Part shown: piece by piece, positions 1 through 7,345 of the stretch
Layout of the letters: each line of letters opens with the position of its first letter
Position numbering within the stretch: position 1 is the stretch's first letter
NCBI GenBank assembly: GCA_001192655.1
Contig: BBVC01000024.1
Coordinates: 1 to 18,908 of the forward strand
DNA length: 18,908 bases
Direction of reading: 5' to 3'
From: Caedimonas varicaedens
Lineage (GTDB): Bacteria; Pseudomonadota; Alphaproteobacteria; Caedimonadales; Caedimonadaceae
The notes under the pieces: generated by a model
What the model was told of the DNA's origin: nothing
Databases searched by the model: none
The model's input: the letters and a program-made list of their open reading frames with translations, nothing else
Position numbers and translations under genes: made by a program

Positions 1-62
1 GATGATTGCGTCCTCGCCCCCGTTCAAAACCCTGCCACCATTACCCGTTAAAGGAGGAAAAA

Positions 63-944
63 ATGACAAATGACAAAACACCCGTGTCATTAGATGAAGA
101 AAATCCAGAAGATGTTTCTGACGAAGAACTATCTTCACCCCAAACAGAAGAGGAAACATCTTCTGAGAGTGCGAGCACCAGCTCCTCGGAAGAAAATCAA
201 GTCTTTTATCACAAGACCATTGCTCGTCTGAAACGAGAGATGCTGCGCGCTCAAAAAGAAAATGCCACGCTGAAAGAAAAGCTGAAGCACAGTGAGACGG
301 TCTCCACGCAAATGGGACAAAGCGCTTTGGAAAGTTTTAAGATCAATGCGTTGACGTTGATGGAAAAAGCCAAAACCTCTCTCAAACACGCCCATGAAGT
401 TTCCGATGTTGAAGCAATTCTCACTGCCAATGAGGAACTCGCCAAAGCGGCTGCCCAGTGGCAATGGGCGCAAACCGTGCCTCTGCCCTCCCAACAGAAC
501 CCGGAAGAATCAAACGGTTCTGAATCTCAGGAAGACCCTGATCCTCATCCGGCTACTCAAGCCTGGGTTTTAAAAAATCCGTGGATTAATCAGGAATCTT
601 CTTTGTTTCAGGGAGAAAAAGCTTCCGCGGTGATCTCTTATGCCACCGCTTTAGAACAGCAACTGATGGCTCAAGGTCGGGGACATGAAATTAACACACC
701 GTCTTATTTTAAAGATCTGGATACTTTTGTTCGTTATTGGGATGGTCTGCAAGGAGGGCATAAAACCATGAAATCCGTCACCACAGTGGCCTCTACGAAA
801 GGAACGCCCTCAGAGGGAGGACAAAAACACAAGGATGCCCTCACGGCAGATGAGAAAGAAATCTGCCGGACGATGGGTGTTTCAGAAGCGGGTTATTTGA
901 AACAAAAGAAGGCGCTTGCTCTTGAACGCGCCGGTCAATCTTAA
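63..944 (+). CDS. Acidic, coiled-coil head-assembly (scaffolding-like) protein, putative
   Basis: Frame of track ORF 6..944. The first ATG (63) lies 5 nt after AAGGAGG (51-57), so 63 is preferred over the TTG at 6. The N-terminus is D/E/S-rich, followed by a K/E/L helical stretch (ARLKREMLRAQKENATLKEKLK). The C-terminal LTADEKEICRTMGVSEAGYLKQKK resembles tails I associate with phage scaffold proteins. Function is inferred from composition and position only. Confidence 0.78.
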   Translation: MTNDKTPVSLDEENPEDVSDEELSSPQTEEETSSESASTSSSEENQVFYHKTIARLKREMLRAQKENATLKEKLKHSETVSTQMGQSALESFKINALTLMEKAKTSLKHAHEVSDVEAILTANEELAKAAAQWQWAQTVPLPSQQNPEESNGSESQEDPDPHPATQAWVLKNPWINQESSLFQGEKASAVISYATALEQQLMAQGRGHEINTPSYFKDLDTFVRYWDGLQGGHKTMKSVTTVASTKGTPSEGGQKHKDALTADEKEICRTMGVSEAGYLKQKKALALERAGQS

Positions 945-962
945 CAAAGAAGGAACAAAACA

Positions 963-1502
963 ATGGAACAAGAACATCTTGGTGGGGTTTCCACTTTACC
1001 AGCCCCTGTGACAGAGACCTCTTCTGTCCAGGAAAAGAAAGAAAAGAAATTCAGCAAGGGACGAGAATCCCGTTTGCGGGAAGACCAGATTCGGGCGTTT
1101 TTACAATCCACTTATCCGGACAAGCTGTATTTTCCCACAGAGGATATTCCCCGGGATATGGACTACCGATGGGTGAGAGAAGAATGTCGGGGAATGACGG
1201 ATCTCTCGCGTATTTCCTATATGACCAAGAAAGGATGGACACCGGTTCCTTTTGCCCGTCATCCGACTTTTTTGGCGGACACGAGCTGGAATGCAGGCTC
1301 ATCCAAGCCCGATGTCATTCGCATCGATGGCTTGATTTTATGTGAACGCCCCAAAGAATATGGCGAGATTGAACGCAAAGCTCAGGAAAGACAAAACAAG
1401 ACGATGATGAGCAGCATTAAATGGGTAGACGGCATGGATAAGGAAAATCAGAAAGAATACATCAATCAAACAATCATCAGTCAGTCAGAGGACGATTGTT
1501 AA
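963..1502 (+). CDS. Hypothetical phage structural-module protein (179 aa)
   Basis: ATG preceded by GAAGGA (949-954). It begins 18 nt after the upstream stop, and its stop overlaps the next start (TAATG). Motif YRWVRE...KKGWTPVP...ILCERPKEYGEIERKAQ. No function recognised with confidence. Confidence 0.82.
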   Translation: MEQEHLGGVSTLPAPVTETSSVQEKKEKKFSKGRESRLREDQIRAFLQSTYPDKLYFPTEDIPRDMDYRWVREECRGMTDLSRISYMTKKGWTPVPFARHPTFLADTSWNAGSSKPDVIRIDGLILCERPKEYGEIERKAQERQNKTMMSSIKWVDGMDKENQKEYINQTIISQSEDDC

Positions 1503-2986
1503 TGACGAGCTATACCAACGCCTTGACGGGAGGGCTGATCCAGCCTTCCAACATGAGCTATGGGGCGTACAGTTTTGCAGAAGACCTTGTGCTGTCATGG
1601 CCGTCCAGTTTCTCCAATAATCCCAAAATCACCGCCAGCATTATGGATTTGACGGCAGAGGAAGACGGCTTGAGTGTTATTTTGCCAGATGCACGGTCTG
1701 TTTCTGTGGGACAGAATATTCTTCTGAATAATCGGGGAAAAAAAGCGTTTGTGGTGCAGGTCAGATATGCGGATGGTGCTTTAGGAAAGCTGTTGACACT
1801 TACCACAGGGCAATCCTTTTATATTTACCTGACCGATAACAGCAAACCGCAAGGAAGCTGGAATGTGATTCCGTTTGGGGCAGGGTCTGTGGTGGTGACG
1901 TCTGTGGGAGCAAAGTCAGAAGATGAGAAGGCTCTGACCATTGACGGCAGTCCTATTACAGGAGCGGGGACGTTTCTGTTCAAGCTTTCCGAAACCCTCA
2001 AAGCGTTCTCTGCCTTTACCAAAAAAGGACTGGCCGTTCTCACAGAAAAAGGCTGGGAAGGACGGAGTCTGCAAGCAGGGAAAAATATTGCTCTCAAAGA
2101 CGGCGATGGCGCCAAAGGCGATCCGGTGATTGCCACGACCGAGGACGTGGCCTTTAAAAATGCAGGCATTGAGACCTTGACGCTTAAAAGTCTGGTGAGC
2201 GGAGTTCCTGAAGGTAAAAAACAGCCTGTGCCTGTGACGGCGCTTCAAACAAAAGGACAAACGGCATTTCTCACAGGATGGGATGAGAATTACGCCGTGA
2301 AGGAGGTGACCTATGGCGCCAAAGGAGTCGACAACTGGAAACTGCCCACGCAAACAAAAGAGCGCGGCGAGATTAGTCTGTATGGCCTTTCTGAGATTAT
2401 CAATGCTCAAGCGCAAGGTTCTCTGGATATTTTATCGAAGATCACACCTCCAAAGAATGCTTGCATCATTGGCGGCACAACAAGTGAAGGAGGCTCTTTT
2501 TATGAAATGCTGTTAAAGGAATGGCAGATTCCTACGTTGCGTCCCAGCAATAATGGTCCTACAGGCGTTGACTTTTCAACGCTTTGGGACGCTCAAGCCA
2601 ATGACAGTCTTTCAGGGACAAAGCTAAAGAAAAACTCTGTGCCTTTGCAAGTTTTGGAGAATCCTGGACAATGCGCGCCCTTTGCCATGGGATGGGTGGG
2701 AGCAAACGGCAAGCTCTACACAGGCTTTAATGTGAAACCCATAGAAAGATCAAAGACGGGACAATATTACATTACTTTTGAAACGCCCGCTTCTTCGGCT
2801 GTTTATGTCGTTCTCGTTACACCTTATCATGATCCCAAACAAATTGTTTATATAGAGCCTCAAATTGTCTCGGCCAGTTACTTTTCAGTGTTTTGCACAG
2901 GTCAAAAAGAAGATGAATTTGTGGACAACAGCTTCTGTTTTGGGGTGTGGGATTTGGGGCTTGCGAACAGCGTCTCTGTCTCTTGA
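1502..2986 (+). CDS. Tail fibre-like / receptor-binding-like virion protein (494 aa from ATG 1502)
   Basis: The track ORF starts at TTG 1496. ATG 1502 overlaps the upstream TAA by 1 nt and sits 9 nt after GAGGA (1488-1492). The N-terminal segment TSYTNALTGGLIQPSNMSYGAYSF..LSWPS...VILPDARSVSVGQ..L.N.G...F.V matches a conserved N-terminal module I recall from podovirus/prophage fibre or structural proteins. The remainder is G/T/S/V-rich and looks beta-like. Confidence 0.8.
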   Translation: MTSYTNALTGGLIQPSNMSYGAYSFAEDLVLSWPSSFSNNPKITASIMDLTAEEDGLSVILPDARSVSVGQNILLNNRGKKAFVVQVRYADGALGKLLTLTTGQSFYIYLTDNSKPQGSWNVIPFGAGSVVVTSVGAKSEDEKALTIDGSPITGAGTFLFKLSETLKAFSAFTKKGLAVLTEKGWEGRSLQAGKNIALKDGDGAKGDPVIATTEDVAFKNAGIETLTLKSLVSGVPEGKKQPVPVTALQTKGQTAFLTGWDENYAVKEVTYGAKGVDNWKLPTQTKERGEISLYGLSEIINAQAQGSLDILSKITPPKNACIIGGTTSEGGSFYEMLLKEWQIPTLRPSNNGPTGVDFSTLWDAQANDSLSGTKLKKNSVPLQVLENPGQCAPFAMGWVGANGKLYTGFNVKPIERSKTGQYYITFETPASSAVYVVLVTPYHDPKQIVYIEPQIVSASYFSVFCTGQKEDEFVDNSFCFGVWDLGLANSVSVS

Positions 2987-3386
2987 CTTGCGTTGATAAC
3001 CGCGGGAAAATAAGAGCATCAGGAAGATGGCCTGATCAAAACATCGCCCCCCACTTCTCCTCAAGCGCAGGAGGGAACTCAAGGGCTGGGAAGTCTCCTC
3101 CCTGACAGGAGACACGTGAGTTGGCACGTCTCAACAACATCCCCACTCCGATCCTCAAGATCGGACTCAAGTGACCCTCCGTATTGTTGGTCAGATACGG
3201 TGAGGAGTTGGCCTCAAAAAAACAGTCCCGTCGCAACGATTTTGAAAATCCATGATTTTAAAATCGCCTAAATGTGTGCGTTTTGACAGTACGCGACAAT
3301 GGAAGTGTCTTTATGTTCTCAGATGATTGAGTCGTGCTTCTGCGGGGCAGAACACGGATGATTTTAAACAGGAAAGGACTCGTTCC
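2987..3386 (+). other. Long ORF-free, hairpin-dense untranslated region (possible structured leader or ncRNA) upstream of the capsid genes
   Basis: No ATG ORF longer than 24 codons and none with an SD. Helices seen by eye: 3068-3075/3096-3104 (bulged); 3109-3132 (ACGTG/CACGT plus GAG/CTC); 3147-3165 (perfect TCCGATC/GATCGGA with loop CTCAA); 3176-3205 (CCGTAT/ATACGG plus CCT/AGG). CTCAA occurs six times between 3060 and 3217. Confidence 0.4.
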
Positions 3387-4058
3387 ATGAGTTATGGACA
3401 AAACGCGCCCCAAGGGTTTCAGTCGCAGGGCACGCAAACCGCGGCCACCTTTACGGGTCAAACACAAATGTACGCGATTAAATCAGGATACGCCACCAGC
3501 ATTTTTACCGGCGATCCTGTTGTGATGGATGCAGGATATTTAAAGCCTGTCACAGATGGCACGACCGTTAAACTTTTATCGGCGATGCCCCTCGGCATCT
3601 TTCAGGGATGTCAATGGAACAGCCCTGACACCAATATTCAAGGTCTTGCTAAATCGCCCTACTGGTCAGCGAATACCGTTGTTCAGCCTTTCGGGGGCAT
3701 AGATTCAGCTTATGCCTGGGTGATCACCGATCCCAATGCTACCTGGAATATTCAGGTGTCAACGTCTGCGGGTGCGACAGCGGATACCGCCACCGTCAAG
3801 GCTGATCAGATAGGTCTTTATGCAACGTGGGGGATTAAGCAGACAGGCAATACACTTGTTCCTAAAAATCCTGGTGTCGGCAACACCGCCACAGGACAAT
3901 CAGGGGTTTATCTGGATGCCAGCACCATTAACGCAAATCCCGTGGGACTTCCTCTGGTGATTTTAGGATTTACGCTGATACCCGGTAACAAACCCGGCAT
4001 GCCTTTTTGTAACGTTATTGTGGGATGGAATCCCAAAATTGTGAAACCAAGTGCATAA
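3387..4058 (+). CDS. Beta-rich capsid-region protein (possible decoration/cement or other head protein), 223 aa
   Basis: The track ORF starts at TTG 3327. The first ATG (3387) is 8 nt after GGAAAGGA (3371-3378). G/T/V/N-rich with no helical heptads. It lies immediately upstream of the capsid candidate. Functional class is inferred from position and composition only. Confidence 0.82.
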   Translation: MSYGQNAPQGFQSQGTQTAATFTGQTQMYAIKSGYATSIFTGDPVVMDAGYLKPVTDGTTVKLLSAMPLGIFQGCQWNSPDTNIQGLAKSPYWSANTVVQPFGGIDSAYAWVITDPNATWNIQVSTSAGATADTATVKADQIGLYATWGIKQTGNTLVPKNPGVGNTATGQSGVYLDASTINANPVGLPLVILGFTLIPGNKPGMPFCNVIVGWNPKIVKPSA

Positions 4059-4078
4059 ACAAGACTCAAAGGATTTCG

Positions 4079-4171
4079 AAAAATGAGTAGGAGGACAAGT
4101 GGTGAGAGCAGCGGAACGTACATGAGGTACGTGAGCAGGTCGAATCCTGAAGTCCAACACCCTCATTTTTT
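4079..4171 (+). terminator. Branched stem-loop ending in T6 (weak terminator-like / tRNA-like processing element)
   Basis: Closing helix AAAAATGAG (4079-4087) / CTCATTTTT (4162-4170) plus GGAC (4093-4096) / GTCC (4152-4155). Inner hairpins: ACGTAC (4116-4121) / GTACGT (4127-4132) with loop ATGAG, and CAGG (4136-4139) / CCTG (4146-4149) with loop TCGAAT. T6 at 4166-4171. The stem next to the T tract is AT-rich, so terminator strength is doubtful. Confidence 0.35.
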
Positions 4172-4204
4172 GAAAGGCGAAGAGTATTCAAGGAGAATTG
4201 ACAC

Positions 4205-5107
4205 ATGATTAACACCGGCGCCATTGCCAACCTGCTCAGACCGGGTTTAAGAGAAATCTTTGGGGAAAGCCCCTCTTACCCGACCCAATATACACAAGTT
4301 TATAAAACCTATCAGTCTCAAAAAGACTATGAGCAAGATCAGGAAATGAAAATGCTGGGTCTGGCGCAGATTCGGGCAGAAGGCGCGCCAACCGCTCTGG
4401 ATACGATGGGACAGCGCTTTAAAACGCTTTACATCCATAAAACCATTTCCATCGGGTTTCAAATTACGGAAAACGCCATTGAGGATAACCAGTATAAAGA
4501 TCAGTTCCCCTTGCAAGCCCGTTCTCTCAAAAGGTCGATGGAGCAAACCAAAGAAATTTTAGGCGCCAGTCTTCTGAATAACGGGTTTAATCCTTTATAT
4601 CCTTTAGGAGACGGTCAGCCTCTTTTGAGTACAAAGCATCCCATTGACACCGGCGTTGTGGCCAATTGTCCGGCGATTCCGGCCGATTTGAATGAAGCGT
4701 CTTTAGAGCAAGCGATGATTGCCATCCAGCAATTCAGAGATCAGGCGGGGCTGATTCAGATGACCTCTGCCCGTAAACTTCTGATCCCCCCTCAGCTTCA
4801 GTTTGTGGCCGAGAGACTTCTCAAATCCACCTACAGCCCTGAAAACGCCAACAATGCGGTGAACGCTTTGGCGAACATGTCCATGATCCCTGACGGCTAT
4901 ACGGTCAACCAGTTTTTAACCAATCCCGATGGATGGTTTGTGCTGACGGATGCCACGAACGGATTCAAGCATTATCAGCGCAAGGCTTATGACACCGATA
5001 CTTTTAAGGACTTTATGACCGATAACCTGATCGCCAAAGCCACAGAGCGGTATTCCTTCAACTGCTCCAATTTTAGAGCGATTTATGGTAGCGGCAATCT
5101 GAATTAG
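4205..5107 (+). CDS. Major capsid protein candidate (HK97-fold-like), 300 aa
   Basis: ATG 8 nt after AGGAGA (4191-4196). Size and position suit a capsid protein (after the scaffold-like gene, before tail genes). The sequence pattern (LRPGLREIFG..YP.QY..VYK...S.KDYE......G.A.I..EG....D...Q.....Y.H....IGF.ITE.A.ED..Y) resembles capsid proteins I recall from podoviruses. Not verified by search. Confidence 0.85.
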   Translation: MINTGAIANLLRPGLREIFGESPSYPTQYTQVYKTYQSQKDYEQDQEMKMLGLAQIRAEGAPTALDTMGQRFKTLYIHKTISIGFQITENAIEDNQYKDQFPLQARSLKRSMEQTKEILGASLLNNGFNPLYPLGDGQPLLSTKHPIDTGVVANCPAIPADLNEASLEQAMIAIQQFRDQAGLIQMTSARKLLIPPQLQFVAERLLKSTYSPENANNAVNALANMSMIPDGYTVNQFLTNPDGWFVLTDATNGFKHYQRKAYDTDTFKDFMTDNLIAKATERYSFNCSNFRAIYGSGNLN

Positions 5108-5122
5108 CAGGAGAGTGAAGAG

Positions 5123-6652
5123 ATGGCTTCCAAAAGAACACCGACGACATTTTCCAATTTACTGGTCTCGGACAGACGCGATCCTGTCTCCAAAACTCTG
5201 ACTCCCCATCCCAATGCCAGTCCGGCCGTGGTGGCAGAGATTCAGTCGGACAGAGGAGCCTTGCTAGTGTCACGACTGACGACAGACATGCTGACATCGT
5301 TAAAAGATACCCACCAGGCCGTGAACGGGATGATCGCCTATGATGTGACCAAGAAGAAATTTGTGTTTTTTCAAGATACAAAATGGCTCGGACTTGACGC
5401 AAAAGACGCCGTCAACTATGTCGAAGGACCGAATGGCGCAGAAGACGGCGATATAGCGGCGTTTGGCAATGGCGTGCAACCTCTGTCAAAACAAGCAAAG
5501 TCTCTCTCCGAGGATCCCGTTCCTGTGCCCGTTCATTATGTGAAAGGACCGCTGTCTTCCAAGCCTGGCAATTTGGCCGTTTTTAAAGGAGAGACCGGTT
5601 CTGAGGTCGCCGATAGCGGGCTGAATGTGCAAAAAGTCCTGATGCGTCTCAAACGAGAAGGGGCTTTAAAAGCAGACTCTGTGATTCAACTTCGAAACTT
5701 GGGTGAACTCCAGTTTACGGGCGGTCTAGGCGTAGTTCTGGTGGATGATCTCATTCCTGTGATGTATATGACCCGTGGCACAGGAGCAGACGCTCAAGTG
5801 TGCAGTGTCTTTGGGGGAGATTTGCCCTCTGATTCTTCCTCTCCTTCGGCTCTCGTGGAGATTAACTCCACAACGGGTACTTTGCTGGTCTCTCGCATGA
5901 ATACGGCGCAAAGGCTGGCTTTGACCGATCCTCAAAACGGCATGATCGTTTATGACAACGATGAAGACGCTTTCTTCTTTTATCAAAACGAGGATTGGAT
6001 ACCTTTGGAAAGCGGGAGCGGTGGCAGTGGTGATGTGACCGGACCTGATCTTGCCGTGAAAGGCGAGATTCCTGTGTATGACAGCACCACAGGAAAGAAG
6101 ATTGGAAACAGTGGTGTTGTCCTGGATCAAACGCAAAAGATGACGGGGATTAAAGGCCTGCGCATCAGCACGCCCAAGCCTTATGACAAGAATTACTCCT
6201 TGTGGGCAGATTCGGGTGTGGTGGCGTGGGATTATTTTACAACCTCTTCAGGACAATTTAAAACCGTGCTGGCACGAGACGAGGAAATTCATGATGAGGT
6301 AGACTCTTTGTGGAATGCCTTGTCCTTTGTGCAATATACCCATCATCATGATGCCAAAAAACATAAACGTTTAGGGCTCATTGCCGAAGAAGTGGCGGAG
6401 GTCATGCCCCATTGGGTGCAAGAACACGATGAAGGGAAAGTACTTAACAAAAGTGCGCTATTGGATAGTGCCTGTGTGATGATTCAAAAGCTCCTGAAAG
6501 AGAACAAAGCGCTTCACAAAGCTTTCACGCATCACACAAAGAAACTATCCTCTCAAGCCCGTAGACTGGATCATTTTATCAAAGTCTTTAATCAAAGAGC
6601 CCGTAAACAGGGAGCGCCGGCCATTGAGTTTGAGGAGGCAGACGATGAGTAA
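5123..6652 (+). CDS. Tail fibre/spike protein with C-terminal S74-type intramolecular chaperone (autoproteolytic) domain
   Basis: ATG after AGGAGAG (5109-5115). The C-terminal ~135 aa contain S375-x4-K380 (SSGQFK, nt 6245-6262) followed by LGLIAEEVAEVMPHWV and VMIQKLLKENKAL. This is the layout of endosialidase/T5 pb1-type chaperone domains (Ser-Lys dyad, G.IAQE..., IQ.L coiled tail). An internal ~45-aa motif is duplicated (nt 5255-5395 and 5876-6007). Confidence 0.88.
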   Translation: MASKRTPTTFSNLLVSDRRDPVSKTLTPHPNASPAVVAEIQSDRGALLVSRLTTDMLTSLKDTHQAVNGMIAYDVTKKKFVFFQDTKWLGLDAKDAVNYVEGPNGAEDGDIAAFGNGVQPLSKQAKSLSEDPVPVPVHYVKGPLSSKPGNLAVFKGETGSEVADSGLNVQKVLMRLKREGALKADSVIQLRNLGELQFTGGLGVVLVDDLIPVMYMTRGTGADAQVCSVFGGDLPSDSSSPSALVEINSTTGTLLVSRMNTAQRLALTDPQNGMIVYDNDEDAFFFYQNEDWIPLESGSGGSGDVTGPDLAVKGEIPVYDSTTGKKIGNSGVVLDQTQKMTGIKGLRISTPKPYDKNYSLWADSGVVAWDYFTTSSGQFKTVLARDEEIHDEVDSLWNALSFVQYTHHHDAKKHKRLGLIAEEVAEVMPHWVQEHDEGKVLNKSALLDSACVMIQKLLKENKALHKAFTHHTKKLSSQARRLDHFIKVFNQRARKQGAPAIEFEEADDE

Positions 6653-7274
6653 ACCTCTGACCTGGCTCTGGCTTCCCCAAAACAAGGAAGCTTTTTGCAA
6701 AGCACAGGATTTAGCAGAAGCCGGCACACTGGTCTTCAACGGGACAAACCCTCCATCGGCTTTGGCAGGAGTGCTTCGAACGATCAGCCTCACTTCGGAT
6801 CAGGATTTATCAGCAGTGAAGATCACTTGTACCGGAATGATGAATGGGCAAATGGTGTCAGAAACGCTGAACGGTCCCAACGGAGAAACCATAGAAACAA
6901 AGCAGATTTTTGATACGCTCACGTCTGTGGGTGTATCAGACAAGGTTAAAAATCTGTCTGTGGGCACCGGCACCACAGGACAAACCTCCTGGGTTTTGTT
7001 TGATTATCAACGAACCTTTCCGTCTCTTTCAGCGCAAGTGGTGATATTGGACGGAACAGCCAAGTATTCTTTGATGGGAACATTGTCCAATCCTGCACAG
7101 ACGGCGGATATGACCCAATGTCTCTTTGTGATCGCCAACGACATGAAAGAAAAAGAAGAGAGCGCTCTCGTGCCGGTGATGCCCTTTCCTGTGCGTTATG
7201 TGTGCGTCCAGATTCTAGAGGGAGAAGCCACAACTTCCCTTGAAATCACCTTCTTGCAACAAGGAGTGGTATGA
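6645..7274 (+). CDS. Hypothetical virion/tail-associated beta-rich protein (209 aa)
   Basis: ATG 6645 overlaps the upstream stop (ATGAGTAA) and follows GAGGAGG (6632-6638). It is preferred to the track start at 6624. The segment RTISLTSDQDLSAVKITCTGMMNGQMVSETLNGPNGETIETKQIFDTLTSV resembles a motif I recall in phage tail-region proteins of unknown function. Confidence 0.82.
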   Translation: MSKPLTWLWLPQNKEAFCKAQDLAEAGTLVFNGTNPPSALAGVLRTISLTSDQDLSAVKITCTGMMNGQMVSETLNGPNGETIETKQIFDTLTSVGVSDKVKNLSVGTGTTGQTSWVLFDYQRTFPSLSAQVVILDGTAKYSLMGTLSNPAQTADMTQCLFVIANDMKEKEESALVPVMPFPVRYVCVQILEGEATTSLEITFLQQGVV

Positions 7275-7345
7275 TATGGCCACCTCTGGTTCCTATGCCT
7301 TTGGGCAAGCGCCGCTGTCTCTTTTTGTAAGAAGCCTATGAACGA

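Noticed and set aside
1-51. Open frame DDCVLAPVQNPATITR* ending at TAA 49-51, possibly the 3' end of an upstream gene such as the portal
   Set aside because: It is only 16 codons with no recognisable motif. Another frame also has a stop at 3-5. It is too short to support as a feature.
3122-3135. Sigma-54-like -24 element TGGCAC
   Set aside because: The required -12 GC element (TTGC, 4-5 nt downstream) is absent; the sequence reads TGGCACGTCTCAACA. The TGGCAC is also part of a hairpin stem.
2821-3250. Possible diversity-generating retroelement (VR at the 3' end of the fibre-like gene with a TR in the downstream non-coding region, as in BPP-1 mtd)
   Set aside because: I found no extended similarity between the last ~160 nt of the gene and the downstream region; only CTTGCG is shared. 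There is no adenine-specific mismatch pattern and no reverse transcriptase gene in the window.
3242-3317. Sigma-70-like promoter candidates: perfect TTGACA at 3283-3288 and TTGAAA at 3242-3247
   Set aside because: No acceptable -10 hexamer lies at 16-18 nt spacing. The best T/A-rich hexamers (TATGTT at 3312, TAAATG at 3269) are 21-23 nt away. The host promoter consensus is unknown, so no promoter is called.
3252-3361. Short upstream ORFs in the long leader (24 codons from ATG 3252; 20 codons from ATG 3299)
   Set aside because: They have no SD, show no coupling to the downstream start at 3387, and their Cys/Ser-rich sequences look arbitrary.
4090-4160. A genuine tRNA gene between the capsid-region genes
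   Set aside because: The T-arm-like hairpin has a 6-nt loop (TCGAAT) and only 4 bp. The acceptor pairing is only GGAC/GTCC. No D-stem can be formed. The candidate anticodon loop (CATGAGG) has A rather than U at position 33. At best this is a degenerate or tRNA-like element, and it is reported as a finding instead.
7321-7341. A programmed +1 frameshift of the prfB type at the frame break
   Set aside because: A CUU-to-UUU slip at 7321-7324 would immediately meet TAA 7328-7330. At CUA-UGA (7336-7341) the P-site tRNA cannot re-pair in the +1 frame. There is no SD-like stimulator at the right distance. Recoding is kept only as a minor alternative in the finding.
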